In this document: positions 1-12,757 of the stretch, one piece after another
How positions within the stretch are numbered: the first letter of the stretch is position 1
Layout: each line of letters begins with the position of its first letter
Origin: Rhizophagus irregularis
Taxonomy: Eukaryota
Direction: 5' to 3'
Length of the DNA: 64,000 nucleotides
Assembly (NCBI RefSeq): GCF_026210795.1
Contig: NC_089436.1
Coordinates: 2,170,001-2,234,000 of the forward strand
Position numbers and translations under genes: made by a program
The notes under the pieces: model-generated
The model's database searches: none
Told to the model about the DNA's origin: nothing
The model's input: only the letters and a program-made list of their open reading frames with translations

Positions 1-67
1 TAATAAAGATCTTAGAATTGGAACATTTAACATCAATAAAAGTGATAATGATCTGTTAATCATTTAG

Positions 68-1598
68 AATCTGATGATGGTATAATAGTTGATGAGGCAG
101 AAATTGGAAATGGTGCATACAGGTCAATTTACACGATTTTACAAACTTTAATACCATTATGGAAAGAATCATCTCCTGCAATCATCAATTCTGGTGATAT
201 ACTTAAACTTAAGCTTGGTGGAGATGGTCGCAATGTTGGTCGTAAGCAAAGCCATGTAATGATGACGATTTGTCTTTTAAATGAAGGAGAAGAAGTCTTA
301 AAACCTGAACATCAATACTGGTAATAAATTTATTGTGATTTAATAACCAAAAATTAATTTAAATTATTAAATTTTTTTTTTTTAGCATTTGTCTTTATGT
401 TGGACGAGAAAAATATGATGACCTTGCTAAGATAGGAAAATTATTTCAACATCAGCTTCTTGATCTCCAAAATAACGGAATATATGATAAAGATGGGAAT
501 CATTGGCCAGTGGAATTGTTTTTTTCTGGTGACTGGAAGTTTATGTATATAATAATGGGATTGAACGCCCCAAATTCGAAGTATTTTTGTTTATATTGTA
601 ACTGTCAATCTGAGTTACGCTGGGATATGGAACAAAATTTTGAAAATTCAGGAAATCATGCCTGTAATGTTAAAGGTTTTTTTTTCATGATTATTTTATT
701 ACCAATTAATTAAAACTATGAATATTTACTAATAATTAGGTGAAAATAGAAAACCAGCATTATTTCCTGCAATAAATCAAGAAAATTATATTCCTGACGA
801 ATTACATCTACTTTTGCGCATTGTTGATGTTTTGATGGAATGCTTTTTTAATGATGTAATTAAAAAAAAAGAGTTTGAAAAAAAATTAAATTAGAGATTG
901 AACAAGCAATGCAAAACATTAAAGTTCATTTTGAGTTTTTCAAGTCAAGATCTACTAGTGGAAAGTGGGATTGGACTTCTTTAATGGGTCCTGATAAAAA
1001 GAAAGTATTGGAACATTTTCCAATTTCTCAATTTATTTCTGGCACTCGTGGACAAGAAATTGAAAAACTATGGAAGGAATTTCTCCGGCTTTATAAAGTT
1101 TTAAGAAAACCTTTTCTTTCAAACCAAGAAATTGATGCGTTTGAAATTGATGCCAAACAATGGATCCGTACCTTTTATTGTGCAACTGAAGGACATCCCA
1201 ATTCAATATCACATAAACCTGGATTATATCGCAAACAAGATGTAACCCCTTATATGCATGTTTTCGCACAACACATGCATCAATTTATGCGCTAATTAAA
1301 GATGAAAAACTTATCATTACGATATTTTTCTACTTCTAGTATTGAAAGAAAAAATCACGATCAGGTAATTTGTAAATTTATTTAAAAAGGATATTTTATT
1401 ACATATATTAATATTAATAGACCTTTTAATTAGGTTCAGTTATTTTTTGGTGGTACCACTATGGGTGGTGGAACTGAAAAAAAATTGGTAGTATATAATA
1501 TTATGTCTTTTGAAAATCGTCAACTTTATTACTTAGTTAACAAAACTCCCAAAGAAATTAATACTAGGAATATTGATTCTAACAAAAAAGTAAATTAA
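68..1598 (+). pseudogene. RAG1/Transib/Chapaev-like DDE transposase, 5'-truncated by the window edge, intron-containing, disrupted
   Basis: Splicing GT-AG introns (321-385, ~676-739, ~1365-1433) gives, in RAG1 order: KLGGDGRNVG, SGDWKFMYIIMGLNAPNSKYFCLYC, IPDELHLLLRI, SLMGPDKKKVL, VTPYMHVFAQH, FSTSSIERKNH. Frameshift in an A-run at ~880, premature TAA at 1293-1295, final TAA at 1596-1598. Confidence 0.75.
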
Positions 1599-1602
1599 AA
1601 TA

Positions 1603-2354
1603 TCATACATAGTGCTTTTGATCTAAGAATAATTGTTGAAGAGGAGAGCGTGGTAAAATAATTCTATATTGTGATTGATTATTTTTGGTAGTAGGCGTTG
1701 TAATATGACTTTCGGATTCTTGTAATTTTTTTTCGTCATTTCTAATAAAAAGTAATAAATACTTTAATTCATATAAATTTTGCACATAAAATTTAAAAAC
1801 TTACTCGTTTACAAATTCTCCCGAATCTGTTGTAAAAGTGCAAGTGACAACACCACATTGAAATGTCCGGTTGTTTTCAACTAATTTGGTCTGTGTCCAA
1901 CTAAAAGTAACCTCATGACTTTCCTCATAATTCACAAATAGTACATATCCAGTTGTTTTTGTTATCAGATCCTGTCGACAACTCCAATGTTCATAATTCA
2001 AAATTTGTTTCAACCTTTGTTCCCCACCTCACCTTTAAACGTGCAACGATATTTTCGTAATACTGTATTGTATCTAAATGAAGGTTCACTTTGAAATAAG
2101 TAAACAAAGACATTTTCAGGGAAAACATTTATTAAAACCCGTTTAGTTCCCACAGAATGTCTATTGAAACCAAGACGCTTTTTAATGAGAATTATAAATG
2201 CATCCTGGTAAGATATAAGTTGTTCAAAAGAAGGCCGAAGTAGTAAATGGAAGTGTGGTATAGTTTTGTTGTTTCGGTGTTTAGTTCTTTCATGAGTCAA
2301 AAGTAGTTTTCGTGAAATAAAAGTCTCTTGGCAAAGGCAACACCTGAGCGTCAT
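1603..2354 (-). pseudogene. C2H2 zinc-finger-containing accessory protein (~230 aa), convergent with the transposase
   Basis: N-terminus CCLCQETFISRKLLLTHERTKH (C-x2-C-x12-H-x4-H). ORFs 2010-2354, 1801-2013 and 1603-1785 join via a 1-bp frameshift near 2020 and a GT-AG intron at 1742-1804. Confidence 0.65.
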
Positions 2355-2579
2355 ATCAAGTTTAAAAACGCGTTAGTTGCAAAACACGGTCTAATCTTTA
2401 TCAGATTTTGATGGGTGACAAAGTTTTTATTGGTTGCCATGGTTATCACAAATTATTCACAAAATGTCACGTTGATGATAAAATCGAATGGAGTCAAATC
2501 GGCCCATATGCTAGCATTGAAATTGGCGGAGCTATTATGCTATAAATATTTACAAGTTATTGGTATCGGAGCGCGATCT

Positions 2580-2668
2580 AGTGATTGGATTTAAATGATC
2601 TTACTACCATTAGAATCGTCTTATCGAGACGAATCAAATGGTAGTAAGATCATCCAAAATGGATCACT
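2580..2668. repeat. Long imperfect palindrome (shared TE module, best copy)
   Basis: ATGATCTTACTACCATTAGAATCGTCT-TATCG-AGACGAATCAAATGGTAGTAAGATCAT, with outer AGTGAT/ATCACT arms. Confidence 0.85.
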
Positions 2669-2961
2669 GGGTGCCGAGTTATTATTTGTTAAAGTTTTTA
2701 TATATAAATCGGCCAAAATTAAGGCTAATTCTGGTCAAATATTTTCGTAATACGAAATTAATTACGGAGTCCAAAATTAATTACGGAATATGGAGTTTTT
2801 CTAATGAATTACTTAATAATTACAGAATTACGTAATTATGTATTTCCCGTAATACTAAAATAATTTCGGACACAAGTATAGTAAAAAATGGCTCTTGCAA
2901 TCTGAAAGTATGGTTTTTATTTCATTCTCATTATCTATGACTAGAAAATGCTTTAGTCTAA

Positions 2962-3270
2962 CAGGACCCGAATAATACTAATATAACTCACAAGTAAACT
3001 TTAAGTACTGAAGTAAAAATACATTTTATGACATAACTCTGTCAATATTGAAGCTAGGAATTCGATTTTACTATTATTAGAATTCTCTCATCGAAACGAA
3101 TCTGATGATATAAATTTTATTAAAATTGAATCACTGGTTATGTTAAAAATAGGGGTATGTAGAATAACAAATTTTGAAAACATTTCTGTAATACGTAACT
3201 TTTGAAAAATTTTAATATAAACTCTACACAAACTCAAATGTGAGTTATATCAGTATTGTTCAGGATTCTG
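2962..3270. mobile_element. Non-autonomous TIR element with CAGG ends and 6-bp TSD (same family as 51072-51373)
   Basis: Ends CAGGACCCGAATAATACT / AGTATTGTTCAGGATTCTG; flanks GTCTAA/GTTTAA; reverse-complement similarity to 51072-51373. Confidence 0.75.
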
Positions 3271-4821
3271 GTTTAATACTATTATCACAAATTTTATATA
3301 AGCATTTACCAACATCTTCAGCTTTAAAACTTTGCTTGTACAGGACAGAGGCGTCAAAAAACTCTGAAAGCTCTAAATATTCAGTCATTTTTTGAAAGCT
3401 GTATTATATCCTAAACTCAGGATATACTGTTATGGGAAAAAAGTTTAAATAAAAATAATTATAGAAATTTAAGAGCCAAATGAGAGGTGAATTTATCTGC
3501 CAATATCTTTCTAACGAAAAAAACATGTGTAGAAAGGTTTGTAATTGGCAAAAAGAATGTAAAATCTATTGAAAAAGACATCAACAAAATCCTTGCAAGC
3601 AGTGTGAAAAACCTACCATATCAAAGTATAGGATATAGATAAGTATCATTTGAAAATATATTACCATAGAAAGAAGCTAGATACCTTAGAAAAATCTATC
3701 CTAAAAAAATCTGCCTTAGAAAATTTTTGATTTTCAAAAGCAGAAGTGAAATAGCAAATTAACTTTATTAGAACGTTAGAATAGTTTCTTCACTTTCTTG
3801 AATAGTCTGCTCTAGGTACCCTAGATGACCTAGAAAAAATCAAACTTCTTTACTTTTTTTTTATCTATAGATATAGCAAAAAGATATCATAGAAAAAATT
3901 CATTTTTTTTCTCTAGAACTTTATTTTACTAGGACACCTAAGGCACCTAGGAAAGATAATATAGAAATAAGATAAAATAAAAAAAAACACTTTCTCCTGT
4001 AATAAACTCTGCTCTAGGAAGTGATTTAGTAAAATTTCTGCTCTAGAATACTTAAAAATAGCATACTCATTATCTCGATTTAGTTTAAACTATAATTGGG
4101 CCTCAGAAATATGATATTTACGCTAAAAAGCACTATAAAAAGGAACAGTACTATTAGAAAGCTGGTAGACTTAACTTTAACATAGATACTAGTATGTAAT
4201 TTAGAGATAAACAAAAATAATACAATTTGATGGGTGTCATTAGAAAAAAAAGCTAGTAATAGTGAAATTCATCCAATATTTCAACTATGAAAATTGTAAA
4301 CAAAATTTCTGGGACTACGTGGTCTTGAAAAAATGCCAAGAAAATCTCAAGAAGATACGTAAAAAAAGGGTAATTGATATTGTAGTACCCTGATGTAGAA
4401 ATAATATGGAAAAGGGTCTGGGAAAAAAAGAAAAGTAAACACAATTTTTTTTATAAAATTGACGCATCTAATAATTTTTTCACATCCCATTCTGAGCACA
4501 CCAGCCACATCCCTCAACAATAAAGCTCACAACGCAATCAAACCCAAGATCAGCAATTAATCGCCTTGCATTAGAAACACTTAACAAGAGAAAAGGCATA
4601 TATTACAAAAAACAACATAGCACAAATAAGCACCAAAGATGAACTAAACTTCTAAACAATATATAACCAACTAGTATTCGTAACGAGAAACAAAGGCCAC
4701 ATACCATACCAAAAAAAATGCATATTATAAACAAAATCAAGAGCTAAACCAAACCCTCAAACAATAAATAACTAACAAGCATTTGAGAAAAAAAATGAAA
4801 GCCAAATGCTATACCAAAAAA

Positions 4822-5581
4822 TAGTGGTCTGAACCGGTGATCCGTTGATCTGTACGGGTCATATCCGTTTAAAAAATTTCTTATCTGGTTTAAAATCTGT
4901 ATCTGCCCGTAACATAACCAGATATGCAATTGCGGTTAGAAACGGATAGTATAATTAATTTAAAAGCTTAAATTTTGACATTTTTTTCGATGATAAATTG
5001 ACAAATATAATTTTTTTATTTATATTTATTGCACAGTCATCAGCATGTAGTGTAATCCTTTCGTTTCATTTTATTTAATAAAGAAGGATTTTAATAATAA
5101 TTAGTCCAACTACAACGAACCTCCTTTTTTTCTTCGTCTTGTAAAGGTCCAGTGCTACTCTCTTTTTCTTCTGTTTCAACAAATAATTCTAAATATTTAG
5201 TAGGTTCAAAGGTAATACCTTTAATAATTGAAGTACCTTTTCAGCGCGTTGCTTCCTTTTTTAGTGATAACTTTTCACTTGATTTTCAACCGGTTATTAG
5301 TGGTGTTTGTAACTTTTTAGATTTACTTTCATCTATTTGGATATAGTTGAAGACATTTTGTCACGAAAAATACGAGAGAAATAAGAAAAATTAGAAAGGG
5401 GGAGTGGAAAAGGCTTATGTTACATAATTTAACATATCTGATCAGATGAGGAAATATCTGCCAGATATTCACTGAATATCTGCTGATCCGGTAAAACCTA
5501 TCCGTTTAGCAAACTTTCAATCCGGTTAAACGGATATATCTGGAGGATCACTGGATTGCAGATCACCGGTTCAGACCACTA
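4822..5581 (-). mobile_element. hAT deletion derivative
   Basis: TIR TAGTGGTCTGAACCGGTGATC; perfect 8-bp TSD CCAAAAAA; internal remnant on the - strand (SWTNYY...TC**LC) resembling the start of a BED finger. Confidence 0.85.
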
Positions 5582-6067
5582 CCAAAAAAACTATATAGCA
5601 ATAATGAAAAGAAAACAGAAAAGAAAAAGAAGTAACCCGATAGACAAATAAAAAGAGAAAAGAAAAAAAAGGAAAGAAAGCCACTGTAACAAATATAAAA
5701 ATAAGTAGCTAGAAAGAAAAATACTAAAATAAGCTACCAAAAGCATGTAGGCAAATAAAAAGCAAATACTTCTGTAACATGATAGGACCCTGCCTACTAC
5801 TAAGATATGTTACTGGTAGAAATTTCACTTTCATATGAAACCTTACCTTAAGATTTGCTTAAATTCTATTGGTTAATTAACTAAAAAGGAAAAAAATCAT
5901 AACAATGTAACATAAAATTTCCTTTTATAGTAGAATCTTTAAAGAGTTTTGTATGTAAACCTTACCTTAGGTCATAGGATGACCTATTTTAATAGTAGTC
6001 GGGATCCTAATATAATGGTAACTAAGTAACAATCTAGTGCAACTAGGTCATAATATATATATATTAT

Positions 6068-6281
6068 TAGTGTTTTGATCCGGATAAAATCTTAAATATT
6101 TTAAATGAGATTATTGCCGAAAAAAGATTGTAAATCTCAGCTCTAAATAGACTATAATTTCGACCAGAATATTTAATATATTATGAATCAAAAAATTGGT
6201 AATTCTGATAGTTCCATCCTGAATTAACTGAAACGGATACCGGATAAAAACCGGATAAACCCGCTTCGGATCCAAACACTA
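6068..6281. mobile_element. hAT MITE
   Basis: TIR TAGTGTTT(T/G)GATCCG; 8-bp TSD TATATTAT; CCGGATA subterminal repeats. Confidence 0.85.
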
Positions 6282-7876
6282 TATATTATGATTTAGTGAA
6301 TTGTATATGTAAATTTCAAGATCCTATTTAAACAGTATGTAAATGGTAACTATTTAAATAAAACAATAAATCTTGTAAAACACAAGTCAAAAAATATTTA
6401 TCATTTATATTTTACTTAATTTCTCATCAAGTATTAATCCTAAAATGCGATTTTACTACTATTAGATTCACCTTGTTGAGACGATTCTAATGAGCTATAT
6501 TTCATTTATTTCTCGATTACCTGAATCAAAAGCTTAGCAAACTGTCCTGATTGATAAATCTCGTATTTGCGAAAATGCTAATCAGTCACCAATCGGTTAC
6601 CAATCAGCTATCTGATTAGTATCCAATTGGTGACTGATTGATGCCTGATTTTTCACTTTTTGACTTGTGAAGGTTTTATAAGAAATATTAATAAAATACT
6701 AAAACTCTTTATTAAAATATACAACTATATTATATATATTGATTTTATTATAATCAAGTTATATAAAGAAATACCATCTTAATAACTACATTAGAACTGA
6801 TCAGATTTTTAAAAGTATTAAATTAATATATTATATATTTTAATATAATATATATATAAATGAAATTATAAAAAAAATGAACTATTCTAAAAAGAGTTAA
6901 TAATAAGTATTTTAGTTTCTAGTTTAATATTTAATATACTGTAATTATTATTATTTTTTTTATTCATATTTTTTTAATAAATAATAAAAAAAAATTAATT
7001 TAACAAAATATATATTAAAATTAGTTTTTACTTCAAATCACTGGAGGTGATTATTACTATTGGCCAGAATTATCAAATTTTACTGGCACTATATGTTTTT
7101 AATGCTGGTTGATCATCATAATTTTACATTACCTTGGTGATAGTTAGAAAAATTCTTAAAATTATTTTTGCTATTGCTTAAACTATTATTTTATAAAAAA
7201 TAAAAAAAAGTTTTTTTTTATATAAAAATTTATTTTTTATTTATAATTTTTCATTTTTCTAAATTTAATATATAAAAATATTATCATATCAATTATTTAC
7301 TAATCATTTTTTTTTAAAAAAAATAATGTAATCTTTTAATAAAAAAATTTTTATTTTTTAAAATAAATATTTTAAAAAAGATTATAATTACTATTTTTGA
7401 TATTTTTAATAATTTATAACTTGAAAAATAAGGAATATTGAATTTTATCTAAAGTGAAAAATAAATTGTCTTTTATTTAATTTATTTATTTATTTATTTT
7501 ATTTTATTTTTTATTATTTTTATACTTAAAAGACAAATTAATAAATTAGAAGTTAATATTTAAATTTATATATATATATATATATTTATTTATAGTATGG
7601 CTGGACTGGATTTTTAAAATTTTTATATTAAAGTATCCAATTTATATAAAAAAAGTATTATTTTCAGTAGTATAATTTTATTGTATATAAAACCTTTTAT
7701 TATTTTAATAAAAATTTATTTTTTTAACAAATTATCTAATGTATTTTCAAAATCTTTTAATTATTAATAGATTAACAATATAAAAATAATTTTATATATA
7801 ATTTTAATATTATAATTTAAAAAATTTATAATTTTATATATTATATTATAGTTTATATAATTTACAAATATTAATA

Positions 7877-8073
7877 CAGTGACACCTCTCTAAGTGCACC
7901 CTCCTTGGGACCATAGTAAAAAAATAGTAGAATGTGCACTTAGAGAGGGTGTGCATTTATAGAGAGTAAAATATTAAGAGCTCTTATAAGTTGGGACTAG
8001 GCCCACCGTGCACTTAAAGAGAATTTATATAGTGCGTGCACTTATAGAGGGTGCACTTATAGAGGTGTCACTG
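7877..8073. mobile_element. Tc1/mariner-pogo MITE
   Basis: TIR CAGTGACACCTCT.TAAGTGCACCCTC; TA flanks. Confidence 0.85.
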
Positions 8074-8910
8074 TAATTATTATTAAAATTAGAAATAAAT
8101 GAAATTAAAATAAATTAAAGATAAAATTAAATAAAATTAAAATAAAACTAAAGATAAAATATATAAAATTAAAATACTATCAATTAGTAGTAAAAAACTG
8201 TTAGAATTTTAAAATATTATATCAATAAAAAAATAAGATGTTATATTGATAATTAATAATAAAAAATTCTAAGCATTATATTGCTAATTAGTAAAAAATC
8301 ACTAGAATTATATATATTTATTTATATTTTTATTAAAAAATACTATTGATTATATAAATAATATTTGGAATGAAAAACTAAAATTTGTGATTTTATTGGG
8401 TAAATGATCACATGGTAGACAGAAAAATTCATGTAATCATTTTTTTTTTCATAGTGTATAAATATATATTATCCTTCACTTTACTCTGAACAATAATTGC
8501 TATTATATAGAATTTTCAAATTTATACAAATAAAATTTTATAACTTTTGTATTATGGTTAAACAAACTTATATATACTCTTTATATGTATTTTTTAGGAT
8601 TCTGTTTTAGTAAAATTAAAAAAAATTACTAAAAACAAAATTTTTAAATAATAATACAACAGTTATAAAAAAATGTACTTTGAATATATTTGATAAATTG
8701 GATGAGAAGTTATTTTATATTTATGTAAAATTATAATTTAATAAAGTTACTACTTTCAGTGAATTTAAAATAAAAAAAAATTATTATAAAAGATAAAGTA
8801 ATAAATAATTAAAAATATTACATAAATTAACTAAAATTATTTATTTCTAATAATAAATTTTTAAACAATAAATAATATTAATAAACAAATATATTTAGAA
8901 TAGATAGGAT

Positions 8911-9526
8911 TAGAGTTCCAAACAAGTTGACTAAATTCAGGTAATCTGACAGGTTGACCTGAATTTATCAGTTCAGGTTTAGCAATTGCAATTCAGCATC
9001 AGTTCAGGTTGTAACATCAATATGACCTGAATGACCTGTTGACCTGAAACTACTGATTCTATATAATAAAAATGAGTTGCGGTATTGGGATTCACTTTTT
9101 ACATTGATTTTATATAACAAAGGTGAGTTGCGGTATTGGGATTCACTTTTTTATATTGATTCTATATATATAAAGTGAATTGCGGTATTGGAATTCACTT
9201 TTTTATATTAATTCTATATATAAAAAGTGAATTCCAATACCGCAATTCACTTTTTATGTTGATTCTATAAAAAAAAGTGAGTTGCGGTATTGCGATTCAC
9301 CTTTTATATGATTTTAATATAAAAAAGTGAATCGCAATATTTCGAAAAAAAAATGTTTTGCACTATTTTTTTTTGATATTTTAATAAAAATTCTGAAAAT
9401 TTTCAGGTTTCAATTCAGGTCATGTTAAACAGGTAATCTGATATAACCTGACCTGTAAAAAAATTTCAGGTCAGGTTTATCAATTAACCTGACCTGACCT
9501 GATTTATTCGGAACTCTAAATCTCTA
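8911..9526. mobile_element. hAT MITE, family TAGAGTTCC (copy 1), with internal ~48-bp tandem palindromic repeats
   Basis: Ends TAGAGTTCC / GGAACTCTA (9518, followed by a short end duplication to 9526); GACCT subterminal repeats; TSD GATAGGAT/AATAGGAT. Confidence 0.8.
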
Positions 9527-11875
9527 AATAGGATAAATAATTTATAAATTAAATAAAAATATTATTTAATATATTTTTAGATCAGTTAAAATAATTTTAG
9601 CTTATTACTATATTAGAATATAATGTTAATAATAATATTTTACTTCTACAGTTCTACTTTTTGAAAAGAATTCTGAATTTATAATAATTGGAGTAAGATC
9701 TATAAAATTTGTCTTATTAACAATTATATAAATATAGTTTATAGTATTGAACTGAATAACTTTAAATTTAATTTTTATACTAGCAACAAAAGATATTAAA
9801 AAAGAATTCAATTTAACAGTGAGATTTAAATATTTATTAGAATTTTATTTACATTATGCAGAAGAAGGTTTCCTAGCTTTTGTATATACAGATAAAATGA
9901 TTATGGAAAACAATTTCTGGATTCTTAGTGGCAGGTCCATTAAATTTTTCAATCACTAATGGAAATATTTTTTTTTTTATATTATACTGTATATACATAA
10001 TTACTAATATCTTATATCTTTTAATGATGTAGGCATGTGATCGTAGAATAGAAATTACTAGGATTAGACAATAAAATAGAGATTTTTTTACTTACTACAG
10101 TATATTTCGTATTTAGGAATTACTCCTATTCGGACGATCGGATTAGATTAACTACCGAAATATTCGGAGCTCTTACTATAAGCATTGATTGTCCCTTTGC
10201 TCTGTAGTTTTCTAAAAGTAAGGGATAATGCAACGAATATAAAGTTCATTTCATAATGAATGACGATCTACTGATGATGATTAACGATGTAGTATAACAT
10301 TAATGAAAATGTTGTGCGAATTGTGCAAAGTATCATTAATTAGTAAGACTAATCTCGATGAAATTATGGTGTTCATTACCAAATAAGCCTTTTAGTATCT
10401 CTTTTACACAATTTATCGCTATAATATCTACAAATAATATGAAAGATTAAAATTATGATAATTCCACCCCCCTTTTCCTTTTTTAATAAAAGAAATATAA
10501 ACATATTTATGAACTTTATTTGGTATTTTTTTTTAATTGTTTTTCATAATCTATGAAATACGATTATACGAATATCATAGAAAAAATCATATGGTTCTCT
10601 TGCCATACAATAAAATATTATTTATTATATCTCGCATGCGCAAAATATAACTTTAATTCTTTCATATGCAAAATAAGAAATTTGAAATTCAATTATCATT
10701 TAAAAATAAATAACTGATCAAAAAAGCATATTATCCGTTCCGAAGACAAAGATTAATAATCATATGGAATATTTTTATATTAATTGTAACCGTTGTAACC
10801 TTATTCATATAAATAAAAATCCCTTGAAATGAAATGTTGTAATGCATAAATTATCAAATATTTATTCCTTTGCTTTGCGTAACGAAAAGAAATGTGTTTC
10901 TTATTCTTCACCAATTTAATAATGAAAAACAGGAACATGATTTCTAAAAATGGAAATTTTTGGCCGAACTTTTGATTTTTCTTTCTTGAAGAAATATTAT
11001 TTGCTTTTGCTTTTTATCTTTATAATATAAATACTGTAACATTAAAAAAAGGAGGAGTACGGTGACACCATATTCTTTTTTGATCTTTTGATCTTTTACC
11101 AATTTTAGAAAATTCATGGAAACTATACTTATCTGGGGGAAGGCTTTTAAAAGGTGTAACTGAAAGTTAAAATTCTATGAACTTCTTGGCATTTAGCTTT
11201 TTACTGCAGCAGGTTTTTTTTTTATAGTAAACTTTTAAACCTGTTGAAGTCTAATATTAAACTTTTTTTTGACTCCACATGCGTAAAATACGTAAACGTT
11301 ACAATTTCAAGTAGCTCATATTAGAAATCATGACTTCAGTCTTAATGTATACTAAATAATAATGATCATCCATTATTTGCTTTTTTTAAACTGTATTATT
11401 TTGAGGATTAAAAGTATTTATATAATTTAAAAATGGTTAAGTTCAAAATAAATTTTTCTATAAATTCCACCTACATTCCTGCATTTTTTTCTTTTCTTTT
11501 TTTTTTTAATCGAAAAATTTTCGCTTTTTTTTTTAGAATTTTTTTCTATTCACATAAAATTATAATTACTAATTTTTATTTTCACGGCTTATCTAAAAAT
11601 TTCACAGTATAAAAAAGGTAACTAATATAATAAATAATCAGCCAAATAAAATAAAATACACAACTGATGCAATGTTAATTCAAATATAACACCAAATGAA
11701 TTAAAACAACAATCGACAATTTTTTGTGATTATATAAATAAGTTTAATACGACCTTGAATCCTCTAATTTTATTTTATCTTTACATTAATTTCCTCTTTT
11801 TTTTTTCTTTTCCCTTTAATAAAAAGGCACATATTATCATATCATTAATACTATAAAATAAATAATACAACAAAA

Positions 11876-12757
11876 ATGACTCGTCTTTTAATATTAGCAA
11901 CAATTATTCTTTCCGTCATTTCATATGCGTCAGCCCGTAAGTATAAATTTTCTTTAAAAAATGTGATTGTTTAAACATTTGTCGATAATACTTATCGGAT
12001 TATATGTACACCATAAACGTTTTTTTCTAATTCATTAAATATATTTTCTCTTAATTTTAGAGATTGTTGATACACTTAATACACCCATTGGACCTGTCAC
12101 TCAAGGTGCAAAAGTAGCAGTTACATGGGCCCTTCTCCCTGGTGCTGATGCAGGTACCGCTACTGGGGACTTATCTGCTACAGATTCGGCCACCAAAAAT
12201 GTTTTATCAATTGATCCAGCAGTACCACTTGCACCCAAAACTTATTTGTGGAATGTTCAAGTACCTCCTGGAACTTATACTCTTGGACTTAATGATGGTT
12301 CCGGTCTCAAACAAAGTGGTGAAGTTGTTGTTAAAGCACCCGCCGGTGGAGCAGCTCCCGCTCCCGCCCCTGGTGGCGATGGAAAAACAGCTCCCGCTCC
12401 AGCTCCAGCTCCCGCTCCTCCCGCTAAAGGAGCTCCAGCTCCAGCTCCCGCTCCCGGTGATGGTAAAACAGCCGCTCCTTCCGCTCCTCCTGCTAAAGGA
12501 GCTCCAGCTCCCGCTCCTTCAGCAACTGGTGGCTCACCTTCCACACCTTCCACACCTACAGGGTATTTACATATATATTAATTTTCATTTTAATTTAAAT
12601 AATGTATTTAATGATATATTTATCTATTTTTTTTTTTTACAGAAATTCATCATCAACACCAGCTGCAGTATCAACGGGCTCAGCATCTTCAATTTTCCCA
12701 GGATTTGATGTTGTATTGAGTCTTTTGAGTGTTGCTGTCGCAATGTCACAATTTTAA
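11876..12757 (+). CDS. Secreted GPI-anchored Ala/Pro-rich cell-surface protein (AGL-like; N-terminal beta-rich domain resembling the Ser/Thr-rich GPI-anchored Kre9/Knh1-N family), 225 aa
   Basis: Exons 11876-11936, 12061-12562 and 12643-12757 total 678 nt, in frame, with GT-AG introns. Signal peptide MTRLLILATIILSVISYASA; domain with VTW...YLWNV...PGTYTL; APAP/GDGK/PAKG repeats; GPI-type tail STGSASSIFPGFDVVLSLLSVAVAMSQF. Confidence 0.9.

Noticed and set aside
1603..2354. RAG2 homologue
   Set aside because: No kelch repeats or PHD finger; it is short and starts with a C2H2 finger.
3300..4100. Possible Cys/His-rich gene remnant
   Set aside because: Multiple stops and no reliable reading frame or boundaries.
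12142..12708. 188-aa ORF and antisense 92-aa ORF
   Set aside because: Alternative-frame shadows of the GPI-anchored protein's exon 2.
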